NCBI GenBank assembly: GCA_965655095.1
Contig: OZ296654.1
Span: 15,934,001-15,998,000, forward strand
DNA from: Haplodiscus bocki
Lineage: Eukaryota
Reading direction: 5' to 3'
Length of the DNA: 64,000 nucleotides
Shown: positions 53,201 to 64,000 of the stretch, one piece after another
Layout of the letters: each line of letters opens with the position of its first letter
Position numbering within the stretch: the first letter of the stretch is position 1
Program-made: the position numbers and the translations under genes
The notes under the pieces: model-generated
What the model saw: the letters and a program-made list of their open reading frames with translations, nothing else
What the model was told of the DNA's origin: nothing
Database searches by the model: none

Positions 53201-53450
53201 CACTCGAGATTTTTCGAAAGTTCTATTTTTGTGTAAGGGATTTATTGATTGTCCCTTGAAAATTGTGGCCATTAACTTTGAATTTAACATCCACTTGAGC
53301 CAAAACTTTTACTGTGCGCCCAGATGCTACTTTTACATTCAAAAATGAGGCTTGTTGTAATTCGAAAACTGAATTAGGGGATTCTCCCTTTAATTCTTTA
53401 AAATTCCGCAGGCATTGCGTTTGCGCATGTCCCTGTGCCGATTAAGGCTC
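47250..53450 (-). pseudogene. pol: pol (RT, RNase H, integrase), interrupted by an insertion at 49282-50920
   Basis: SPIFAQRKPSGRLRILI, YAYTRLAQGLNKS, LMDDIG, RNase H at ~51300-51660, HNSPTGGHLG..CLSC, and rve HPQRIGYVERAHSSLK..YHSSIGCT. Confidence 0.9.
49282..50920 (+). mobile_element. ~1.64-kb HINE/Helentron-like insertion (family B) in pol
   Basis: 5' tttttaggcgagcggagcgaagcctttttgcacaagg; 3' ccttgcgctaagcaccttagcgcctatgtttt with hairpin GCGCTAAG-cac-CTTAGCGC. It splits pol at ENELK|KDPVL within a T-run and has no TSD. Confidence 0.8.
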
Positions 53451-53599
53451 CTTTGCCTAATCTATTTTCAAATTTTATTGGAATTTACATTAGGTTTTCT
53501 CCTTCCAGAGGAATTACTCCATTAATTTCACTGTTATCGGTAAAAGTAATTTCTGCGAACGTCATTTCTTCTGAAGCTTTTAACAGAAAATCTGTAATG

Positions 53600-54860
53600 T
53601 GCAAAATAAAATTAGGTTTAACTGAGCTGGCTGACTTGTGTGGCTTTATTGGCTTTTTGATCGCGAGTCGAACGGTTTTTGTCCACCTCTTGAGGTACTT
53701 TTTTCTCTAGCTTCACATCTTCTGGATGCATGGTTTGGATAACCACAACTGTAGCAAACTTTTTGTGAAAACTCAGTAGTTTCAATATGTCCTGAATTTC
53801 CAATATTTATTGTTTTGTTATCTTGATATCCTTGCAGCTGAAAATTGCTGTTATTGAAGTTAAGTTTGTAGTTATTCGAGAAATTTCCCCTATCATAGCC
53901 TCTAAAGTTATTTCTCCCTCGATAGTTTCCTCGATTGAAATTATTATCATATCTGCCGCGATTGTGGCTGTTTTATAGTTAATTGATCCTTGATTTTGGT
54001 TGTTCCGATAGTTTCTATTATATTGGTATCCTTGATTATTTGAATGTCTTCTATTCCCTCTATTTTGGTAGGTTCGGCCGCTGAAATTTCCTCGCCAAGT
54101 TTGTTGTTGGTTGTCTTCATAATTATTGTTTGATAAAGTTTCCTGCGGTGAGTTAAGTTTTTGCGTCATGGGATCAATTCTGTTTTCAAGGGGATTTTGT
54201 TTTCCAGACATTTCTGTAAGAACCGGGAGAAATTTGTCGGAATTTTCAGAATTCATCTCATTAAATCCATCTTTTGACCAATCGTCAAAAGGACATAAAT
54301 GTCTAAGAATCAGTTTTTGTCTTGCCAATGCTTGTCAGTTTGGCATTGCTTTTTCGAAGAGACGAAACATGTCTTTCTCGTTCCATTTGTGTGAAATTTC
54401 GTCTGTTTTGATTTTCTCGTGTTTCTCTATCAAATCTATCCTGACCGTTTGGTACTGTTCCATCTGCTGGTGCTACTGGTAGATCAACCGGTGTTGGGTA
54501 AGCTTTCAGAGCTAAATTTTGAAGTTTATGCAGAAATTCTTCAAGTGATTCTATTTTGTGATTGAATTTTTTATTTTCTAAGTTGATATGATGTATTTCT
54601 TCCAAATTCTGATAGCAAAAATAATTTTTCAACCCTGTTATTGTCAATTCTCAGTCTGCTCATGTGTTTTGGTCTAATGTGAGGAAAAATTCTACTGCTG
54701 TGTCTTTAAAGTGTAGGTTCAAAAATCTTACTAGTGCTTCAGCAATTCCTGTAACTTCTACGATACTACGGAACAAAAATTAAAAATCTGTCCAGTTGTC
54801 TGCTGAGCCTCCACCAAATTTCGAGAGGCTTACTGTCGATTGAGCTGCTGCTGCGGCCAT
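53600..54860 (-). pseudogene. gag: gag
   Basis: ATG at 54860 gives MAAAAAQSTVSLSKFGGGSADNWTDF. Also ESLEEFLHKLQNLALKAYP, an N/Q/R-rich region and the knuckle CHSCGYPNHASRRC (~53715-53765). Confidence 0.8.
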
Positions 54861-55349
54861 TTTTCGCGAAGTACCGAGATTTTCGAAAAAACCAAAAGTT
54901 CTGGAATAACGGACTTGTTACAGCGGATCGGGAAACTTTTCAAACAGTTAATGACAAGAGGAATCAGTTATCGAGAAAACGTGAATATGTAATAGTTACT
55001 ACTTCAATATCAATTTACTACTTCGGCGCTCTAAGTCAAAATGATGATTTCAATGAAAATGAGGATATTAAGCAGTTTCAAATCAATCTGAGCGCTATTA
55101 TCAAATCTAGTGTTTCTAAAACTCTCTAGGAATAAAATGATTTGGAAACTTACGGGCAACCAAAATCGTTGTCAGTTTCATCTTTCGTCTTTTTCAGTCG
55201 AGTTAGGTTAGGGTATCGTTTGTGGTGCCAATGGAAGTAGATTTCTATCTCCAGTGTATGGCAAGATCGTCGTGCTGTTCTTTCTGTTTTTAAATCACCG
55301 GTCCAGATCTTCAGTTGTGGTTGTGGATGATCACAGTTGAGCTCGTCGC

Positions 55350-55367
55350 CGGACATGACTGTCACCA
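55350..55367 (-). promoter_or_regulatory. Primer binding site
   Basis: TGGTGACAGTCATGTCC directly 3' of the 5' LTR; TGG is complementary to the tRNA CCA end. Confidence 0.7.
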
Positions 55368-55856
55368 TATAAGGTCATAAGTTGTCTTCTGAATTTATTA
55401 GAGTTTTCAAGCCTGAGCGGCCATTTAGTATTCCACAGATTTTCAGGTAGATGCTCTACTTTGGATGCGGGGTTCCGCGGTTAGACTTGCTACAAGTGAT
55501 CTGGTCTTCAACTCTTGAAGCTATTGAAGAATTGGTGAGTTTGCAGATTATTTAATTCAACTTTACTCTGCTAGGTCGCAGCTTCTCGTGTATCAAATTT
55601 TGTATGTACTGAGGTGAATGACAAGAGATAATATTAATCTTTGGGTATTTCCGTTATTTGAGATAATTATCTAAAGTAAGCGCCATTCTGGCTCTAAGAT
55701 AAGTTCTAAAGTTCGAAGTTGATTGGAAGAATGAGGCGTTACTCAACGATTGTAGGGTGATTAAGTGATTAGGGGATTAAGAGTTTTGAGCTTAAATGGA
55801 CGTTCTTCTCGTGTTAGCTTTGCTTTAGCATTCCGATCGTAACATGGAATGTTACA
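55368..55856 (-). repeat. 5' LTR
   Basis: The minus strand starts TGTAAC and ends TTATA, immediately followed by TGGTGACAG. Confidence 0.9.
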
Positions 55857-56037
55857 TGTGCCAAATGGTAATTGAATCGGTATCGACTCACTTCCCTCAA
55901 GTTGGCGGCGATTCGTGTAAGCGATCAGAATAGGGATTCTAAATTGTTCCAGAGATGCTCATCCCATGACAAATCGCACAAAACAAAAAAGAACCCGCTG
56001 CAGGGATTCCGCACAATGCGGTTCAACTGTATATGGA

Positions 56038-56550
56038 CCAAGACAGCCGGCTACCTCCGGCATATTTTGCGCCTTCTCATTTTTGTAAAGAAGGCTCTTT
56101 AAAAGATGAAAACGTTTTTTTCCCTCAAAAAGCACTTTCTTCATCACATTTTCTTATTTTTCCAATGTTCAAAATTTAGATTTTTTGCACAAAAATTCGA
56201 AAATAGGGCGGAAAAGACCTTTTTAAGATAAGGAACAATACCCTTCGACACGCATTCTACAGCAAATTTGCAACCTTTAGCGATTTTGAAAAAAATTCAA
56301 GTTTTTCGAAAAACCCATCAATTTTTTCAAAAAAAAGCTAAACTTTGAACGTTTTGAGAAATCCTACTGTCTCAGTCGCACTTACGGCAAATTCGCTACA
56401 ATTTGGTCAAAAAATCATTTTCAGAAACGTGAACGAACATCGTTCAATGTGAACGCGATTGGCAAACAACGTGTAAAAAACGTTTTATTTGAGAGGAAGA
56501 GTTTCCTTCCATTTTTATAAATCTGGCGGAAGATGTTCTTCTGACAAACC
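56038..56550 (+). mobile_element. Family A element (~500 bp, no satellite)
   Basis: caagacagccggctacctccggcatattttgcgcc ... ggcggaagatg; internal gcattctacagcaaattt is shared with the 24-25 kb copies. Confidence 0.6.
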
Positions 56551-56879
56551 AAAAATTACGTTCAAACATGGAAAAAATCAAATCTTGGTCGTCTCTGCAA
56601 AACACACGAGCTAATATACGTTGAGCTTTGAAGAAACGAGGTTTAAAATTGGTTCATGTTAAACAGACGGGGCTAGAAATGGTTTTGGTACAATTTTTTT
56701 CGCTTTTAACTTGACTGGCGTACTACCAAAAAAAGAGATTTTCATGAACAGGATGAGTAATTTTTGTAGAAACTTTTTTGACCTCAAAATTTTGGTTGCG
56801 GTAAATGTAATACTTACATGTGCAAATTGAAATTAAATTACTCTGATTACTTTCGCAAATACGCAAGGTGACCAAAAGA

Positions 56880-58545
56880 GAAAACATAGGCGCCAAAGTG
56901 CTAAGCGCAAGGCTCGCGAAGTTACTCAACCTTTTGAATACAACGCTGACCAGATGCTTATGCAATGCCAGAGAGCATGTAGCGAAATCTGAGGAGATTA
57001 AGCAAAAAACAACCATGCGATCACAGCGGAGGTTCAAGGTAACTATCCTAACTTCGAACAGAAAAAGTTTAGCTGAGTAAGAGAATTTCGTCATCTCAAA
57101 AGTCAGCGGAAGCCAGTCACTGTTTAGCAAAGGCTGTCTCAGAGCAGCGAGGTTCCAAAAGTTGACAACTGTGCGTAAAGTAAAGAACAACGAATCCGGA
57201 AACAAAAATCTTACCGAAAAGCCGTGCTTTCTCGATAATTATTCTCAGATAACTCGACCAAAACATTTTTGGCGCAACCCCAAGGTCGCAAGTGCACTCA
57301 AGAGAAGCTGAAAGATAATTGTAGACACACCCGAGACGATTTTTCAGGTGATGAGAGTCGTAGTAAATTATCGCAAAGGGCAAAGACAATTGAAAAAAAA
57401 TTGTTTTACATCCAAAGAGTACCTTGGCCGGACCACCTATCTACGACCGAGCGTAACCCAAAAATGCTCTCATCTGCTTCTCCAGGCAATCCAGTGGGCA
57501 TTGCCAAGCCCAGATAGCATTTTTTGTGCAACCGGATAATAGGTTTTTGGAAGAGTCGACAAAGGTTAAGGAAATCTATTTTTCGACAACTTTCGGCGAT
57601 AATTCGATAAGAAAAATTCGCTCCCGGTCGAAACTTGCATCAAAGCTCACTGCTTCACACAATTCTTAATATTTTCAACATTTCGAGTGATATGCATCAC
57701 TTTGAGGCAAACCGAAAGCGCTACATTTTGGACAATGCAAAAAATTCATTTGAAAATTCATTTTTTGGAACAAAAATTTTCGGGCAAATTATTGTAAAAA
57801 ATCAAAAAAGATCGGCTAAAGACTGAATGCAACAACCGCTCCTCATTCCATCGCCTAAACAGTATTGGGATGCCATACATGGGATATTGGGGCACAGAAT
57901 TGTGAAAAACTAACACTTGCCCGCTGAAAAATTCTGGGTTTTCAATTATTTTCGCCAAGAACTCGCCGACGCGAAATTTTCGGCTGCCAAAAATTTCAGC
58001 CCCGGTCAATTACAACGTTGCCAATGCAGCTAATCAATAAGCCAATGATTCCTCTCAATGCATTTGTAAAAAAAAGGCGTAAATGTTGAGAAAGGCAGTC
58101 GGCAATGGAAAATGTAACATGTTTCAAAAAAATTCAAAAAGTTCAGCTTTCTTTGACGAAAACTGGCCAGAAAATTATTTTCGACAAAAACTATCACAAG
58201 ACGCTGCTCAGCTGAATGGGGTTCCATCGATTAATACAAAAATATTAGCATTTCGAAGCTTACTGTAAAGACAGGACTCAAAAATATACCATTTGCACTC
58301 TAAAAAATCCGAAATTTGAAATTTTTATCGCTAATAACTCGCCGAAAAAACCTCGGCGGCCGAAAGTTTGGAATATGATAGATCGGCAACCCGTTGTTGT
58401 GTTTACGCAAAAATCGGATGAATCCGATTAATAGGTGCCGAGAAAATTAGATTTAAAGAGATGAAACGCAGAGGGACGGGAAGAAAAAACAAAATCATTT
58501 TGACGTGTCCTTGTGCGAAAAGGCTTCGCTCCGATCGGCTTATAA
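56880..58545 (-). mobile_element. Second, inverted copy of family B
   Basis: Colinear reverse-complement match to 49282-50920, including both ends. Confidence 0.85.
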
Positions 58546-58628
58546 AACAGCACAAAATAATAAGAGGTGCCAAATCACCGGGCTCCAAGTCTAAAAAAAA
58601 TCCAAGCAACTGTCAAGACACGAAGTTT

Positions 58629-58713
58629 CATTTTTTACTCCCCATAATTTTTAACTATTTCAAAAAACTCATTTTTTACTCCCTATAATTTTTAATTATT
58701 TCAAAAAACTCAT
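58629..58713. repeat. ~41-bp tandem duplication
   Basis: Two near-identical copies of cattttttactccccataatttttaactatttcaaaaaact. Confidence 0.85.
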
Positions 58714-59299
58714 AAGTAAAATTCGAGAATCTAACTGTTTGAGGGGAAAAGACGACCGAGTGCTCCGTTTGGATTCATCCAGAGATTGTATTTTACTCAC
58801 ATTTGAAAACTTCAAGAATAATCACTCGACTTCAGCTAGCATTTGCCTCAATCGTCACATATAATATACCATTCAGTGAACCTGGAAGTACAACAAAAAA
58901 TTCCGAGCACAGCTCAAGGTGGCCGATGGCCATTAGTGAGGAGCGAAAATTTGGGGCTAAACTGTTGAAATCATCCAAAAATTGTCTATTCTTGGAAATT
59001 CTACACAAATCAAGAATTGTCGTCTACACGTTTATAAATCAGACAAATACTCTACCGTAATGCTGGCTTGGGGCGATTCCTACGTCGCGATAGCAGGACG
59101 GGTGAGTTCAGATGAGAAAGTATAGTCGAGAATTTTTCGTTGAATTTTTGTGCTGTGAATCAATTTTTTACAAAAAAAAACATTCTTATCGAGAAATCCG
59201 AAGCTTTCCATTTTTTTAAAAAAAGCCGAGAGCATTAGAAAAAGCTTTTGTGTCAAATTGTTTGAGCGCCATTCCTTTGACAAAGTACGGATTTCATTT

Positions 59300-59930
59300 C
59301 AACAACCAATTTCGTGACGACGTTCATCTAAGCTACGACTTGGATTTGAAAAACACCAGCAAATAGTCCCTGCCCAACAGTCAAGTATTCTCAACAGCTT
59401 ATGCATTACACAGTCCGAACGAAGGGTAAACATACGCTTTCATACGACAAAGATCCGCAACACCTTCGCTTAACGGGTGGTAGAAGTAGTCTTTGATATC
59501 CAAATCGAACCGAATATTCAACCACTAAAGGGCGAAAGCTTTGAAAAGACCACTACAACAGGAGCTAGAGTAGATATCAAAGTGAACGGTCTTCGTGGGA
59601 CGCGATTCTCAAAAACTAATTCGACGTTCAAGTACATAACCCCTGGCGAATACGTTTAAGAACCTATCGAAGTCTACAAATATCTTGAAAGCATTTAACA
59701 CCTGAAAAACCAGCAGTGGATGATTCTTGACGTTAAACACAGCACCATTGAGCCCCCGATTTTCCCGTAAACAGGTGGTTGCCCACCAACTGCGACGAAA
59801 AGAATGCAGCGATTGGCAGAGAAAATTAGGGAGAAATGCAACGACAGTTATGCCGAGACAGTTTATTAAACGAACACATCTAAGTCTCGCTTTGATGCCA
59901 AGCTCTGCTATGCCATTCCCTCGATAGATG
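59300..59930 (+). mobile_element. 3' fragment of a CRE-like non-LTR retrotransposon (knuckle plus restriction-like endonuclease)
   Basis: IRNTFA..EVVFDIQIEPNIQPLKGESF..TTT.ARVDIKVNGL.G.RF, followed by a relic similar to ILDV.HS..P.IF..TGG. Confidence 0.7.
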
Positions 59931-60354
59931 ATGATATTGGTCACACAGTAAGCAACTTCAAGCCCATATGTCATATGGAAGCCGACACAGTGCATTTTTG
60001 CGTGCAACTTGACCTCGACAAAAACAAACTACTATTGAAAAAACACCATCTTTAAAATTTCCACTCTTTGATGTTTCCTATCATGAATATCAAATATCAT
60101 AACCGTATCATATTCACAGCATTAATTTTTACCCAATCTAATCTTCTTGTGAAAAAACGACCCATAAACGTTTGGGAAGTTCGGGGAGCCTGTTTTCCAC
60201 TATTGCTGAAAATTGTTGACCCCCAAAGTGGTGGCTATTGATAACGCCGAAAACAAATGGCTTCCTAAAGAGCCGAAAATTATCACACTTCAAAACGCCT
60301 AAAAGTAATTTCTTGACAATAAGGAATTGCAATTTTTCGCTGCTCTGAATGGTG

Positions 60355-62090
60355 TCTTCTCACGAGTCCAAAAGTAGTTTAATTCCCATGAGTCCGAAAA
60401 TTAATAGCTCTTAAAATCAACAGTTAGGGCAGTTTATCTAGGTTTTTAATTAGGTTTTACTAAACTTTCTCATCAAAACAATTAAATTAAGAATCTAAGA
60501 GTTTCCGCCGAAGAGCAAATATCGCAAAAACTTAAAAACTAGCCTGCCCTTGCAAAATGCAGTCACCTCAAGCAATTCAAAACGTTGAATCAAAGAAAAA
60601 TAAAGTTATCACATATGATATTTTTCGTTTCGTCGTAAATAAAAAAATCCGAACTGGAATTTGAAATGTTTCGAAAAATGCGGAGTTACCATGAAATTGA
60701 ACACCGAAATGTCTACAAAATTAAAATATCCGGCAAACCATAATCAAGAAGTCGACGAGGAAGAAATTAAAGCCGAAAAATTTAGGCAGAAGTTAAAAAC
60801 AGGTGAAAAAGGATCCCACAAAAGTTTTGCAAGACGTTTACAATGAAGTCGAAAGAACTACAAATTCAATTTTCCCAGAATAAAGAAACGTCAAATCGAG
60901 CCTTTATCATTCAAGGTCCCGGCAACTTCCACCAATTCCCAGAAGTTTCCGAACTTTGCATATCCGTGGACCGTGGAAAAAAACCTTAAAGGGCCAAAGA
61001 TTTTTGTTACAAAACGATCAAGAAAATGGGATTGTTACATTTTCTAGAAACGAAGATCTGGAAAGACTGGCATCATGCGAAAACATTTTGGGAGACGGCA
61101 CTTTCAAGTCACGTCCTCCGCCTTTTGAACAGCTTTACATTTTCTTTGGGAGCAGTGACCGCACAGTGCCACTCGTGTTTGGTCTTCTTAGTGGAAAGAG
61201 CACCTTCATTTACCAAAAATTTTTCGGGCATATTTTCACAATGATTCGAACTTTGGGCGCAGAAAACGAAATGCAAAATATAATAACAGATTACGAACGG
61301 GATGCATTTAGCGCCATTGAAACCGACTACCCCAATATAAAACATGGATGTTTCTTTTATTACTCCAAAGTTATTTATAGGAAAATTCAAGATTCTGGTT
61401 TAGCAGACAGCTTACCAGGAAAACACAATGCTCAAAAAATTTTCCCGAAAATTTATGGCTCTACCGTTTCTCCCACGAAATCGGTTATTGGAAACGCTGG
61501 TGGTATTTTTAAATGACCCTCAGGTTACTTTCACTGCGGAACAATTCCCTATTTTGACAGATTTTCAACGGAATTTCGAAACTGAGTGATAACGTTCCCA
61601 ATAAACATGTGGAATGCGTTGGAAAGGCTCTATCAAGTAAGGACAACCACCTAGTGTGAGAGATGGAACAATACATGGAACATGCACACAAGGAGATCCT
61701 CCCGTAATATTTGGCTGGCTATCAAATTCCTGAAAATCCAACAGAAAAACACCCAAAACCAAGTAAATCATATGCGATTAGGACGGTTCCACCTCCTCAA
61801 AAACGAAAATGGAGACTATATATTGAAAGAATTTTGGCTCTAGAAAACTCTTTGATATTAGGTAACCGAGATATTATTGATTATTGGAATACTATGTGCC
61901 ATTTGTATCAAAGTATTAAAATTTAATTGAAAATTCCCGACCAAAAACCAATTTAAAGTATTAATGTTTCGTACTAGTTACCTGTTTATGGAGAAGTTCT
62001 TAAAAAATTGATATATATTAGTTAATTTCAAGTAAACAATCTTTCGGACTTATGGGAATTAAAATTAATTTTTGGACTCGTGGATAGCCC
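60355..62090 (+). mobile_element. MULE (Mutator-like) DNA transposon with TIRs and a decayed transposase (~60557-61926)
   Basis: GDGTFKS.PPPFEQLY, VPLVFGLLSGKS, ITDYE, GCFFYYSK and RTTT*CERWNN. TIR cacgagtccaaaagtagtttaattcccatgagtccgaaa (60361-) matches the reverse complement of ~62042-62082. Confidence 0.85.
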
Positions 62091-64000
62091 TCTGAATAGT
62101 CTGCAATTTTTGGGCGCTTTGAATGCTTGATGCCATGGGAATCTCTCCCCCCCCCCCACCATATTACGCCAAAAAGACAAAGACATTGACAACTCTGAAG
62201 GTCTTCTTCAAACAGTAGCAGTACAACCAAATTTGCTGTCCCAGAATTAGGTTCCCATCTCAATGACAATGACCAATTGAAAGAAACGTCTTGCATATAT
62301 ATATATGCCTCATAGGCCGGGAAAGGACACCTTCATCCGCCAAGATCTCAAAAAAATTTCCATCTGCCCATAATGGTAACGGCATGAGGACTTCATCCGG
62401 AATGTATAATACAAGGCAAAGGAGTCGTTTCAGAAACTAATCTATTGTACGTTGAAAAATCGACGTATCGAAACTCATTTCAAAAGGATAAAGTCACCGC
62501 AAAATTTATCACGACTAAAGTCCGGAGACCTATGGTTTCGATCAGAAATCGCAAAGGCCCCGAAGTCAGCTAGACACTCTGTAATATGCATACTTCCGAG
62601 CGAATCAAACTACATATCCTTTAAATGATTTCGGATCACAAAGAAGACCTCATGAGAATACTTCCCTGGAGAAGATCGAAATCCTATCCCCAAAGAAAAA
62701 AATCAAAAGAAGTAGCGTCTATTATTGTTTTCTTTTCCGAAGTTAAACTTTTTTCTTCCAAAGTATGGCTCGTTTGCACGACTGTCGTCTATTGTTGGCA
62801 TTCTCTGCTCGACTTGTTGCTAAATCGCCAATTTTTCTAAGAGGTTCAGCTCTGTAAAAGTGGAGCACTGCATTTATCAATGCAAACTCAATAGAAAAAG
62901 GTTCATCGCGTTGACTTTGGTCTTGAATTTTTATTAGAAGTTGGCAGAGATAACACTGAAATACAATCACATGCAGCCTCGGACGGAAAAAAAACACCTC
63001 AAAACTTCTCGGCCACAATTCAAATGATAACTACAATCAAAAACAGCGAACAAACTACTCTTCAAACTCTAGTAGCTCCACTAGTTCCGTGACTGATGCA
63101 ACGAAGCTACCAAAACTTCACGAGGTTCCACCTACAGAATCCTACACCGAATGATGTCATTTATCCAAACACTTTGCGCAATGTTCAGCCCAACAAAACT
63201 TCAGGTGTCTTAGAAAAACTTGACAACTTGTTAGCAAGTCTCAAAAATGGCGCCGCCAGACTGGTCAACTCGGTGGCTATCATTGACTGTACTTACGCAA
63301 TTGCACTGTAACTTCAGGTTTACTGCTAAGAGATCAAGAGTTTCAATGTACAAGCGCACCTCAAAGCAAAGTGGTCAGAGGAAACTAAGCTTTGTCACTC
63401 AGGCGTTACTTTGCCAAAACTCTTCGAAACTGCAAACCAGTTTTTCTGAGCGTTGAAAGAGTCTGACGAGCCAGTAGACCACTGAAATTTACTACTGATT
63501 TTTTTGGAAATTGAAATAAGCCGGCCTTGGGTGTCACTTGGCCAACCGAGGAACAGAATAAATAGAAAGGTAAAATCTCTTGGAAAGTTGGTCGACACAA
63601 GAAGTCCGCCATTGGAGCTCGGCAATTTGAAGGACAGTACCAAATTATCAACCAGCTCGAGCAAAGGATCAAACCCTGAACGAAGATTACGGAAAATCTG
63701 CACTACGTCAGGTTTCATCGAAACTTATGAGAAACCTGTAATTTATACGGTTACCCAACTTTTGCAACCACGATTGTCTCCGACAAAACGAAAATGTTAG
63801 ATTAAATAGTTTTTCAGTTTATTGCATGTCAGAGGCAGCAGTTGTGGCCTCTTAATGGTTTATATTCTCGGAGCAAGCAGTCTTCATCACGCGATCGAAG
63901 CCTGGAAACGGTGTAAACGACGACATCTATTCGATTCGAACATTATTGCAATCCCTGGACTGCATTTAAATCGACAGAGCAGAGCCCAGCACAAACTCGT

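Larger units (their letters stand above)
38357..55856 (-). mobile_element. Full-length decayed Ty3/gypsy-type env-bearing LTR element, ~17.5 kb, with accessory cargo
   Basis: Two direct LTRs, a PBS, PPT-like purines, a near-TSD (agtgc/tgtgc), gag-RT-RH-IN order and an env. Confidence 0.9.

Noticed and set aside
62700-63800. Overlapping 70-107-aa ORFs at the window end
   Set aside because: No recognisable domain or consistent splice structure.

Overview
This is AT-rich eukaryotic (animal-like) genomic DNA made up mostly of decayed transposable elements, with one N gap at 19450-19599. Two probable host genes can be spliced by eye, both on the minus strand: a 4-exon, 462-aa MFS-like membrane protein (16090->4820) and a 2-exon, 267-aa CUE-like/coiled-coil protein (25843->23666). 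The main feature is a ~17.5-kb, two-LTR Ty3/gypsy-type element (38357-55856, minus) with gag, RT, RNase H, integrase and an F-protein-like env. Between pol and env it carries unusual cargo: a TARG1/OARD1-type macrodomain, three paralogous ~100-aa units of unknown function, and an antisense cassette with a Cys-rich (CXXC-like) segment, two JmjC-like dioxygenase domains and a PHD-like finger. This cargo could form a virus-like anti-silencing module. Other elements are a GalEa-like Copia with a tandem shared-LTR arrangement, RTE and CR1-like LINEs, a second env-bearing gypsy remnant, two Helentron/HINE-like families (one carrying a ~120-bp satellite), MITEs, a CRE-like non-LTR fragment and a MULE transposon. 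All domain calls come from motif recognition by eye; no database searches were run, and identities and boundaries are approximate.
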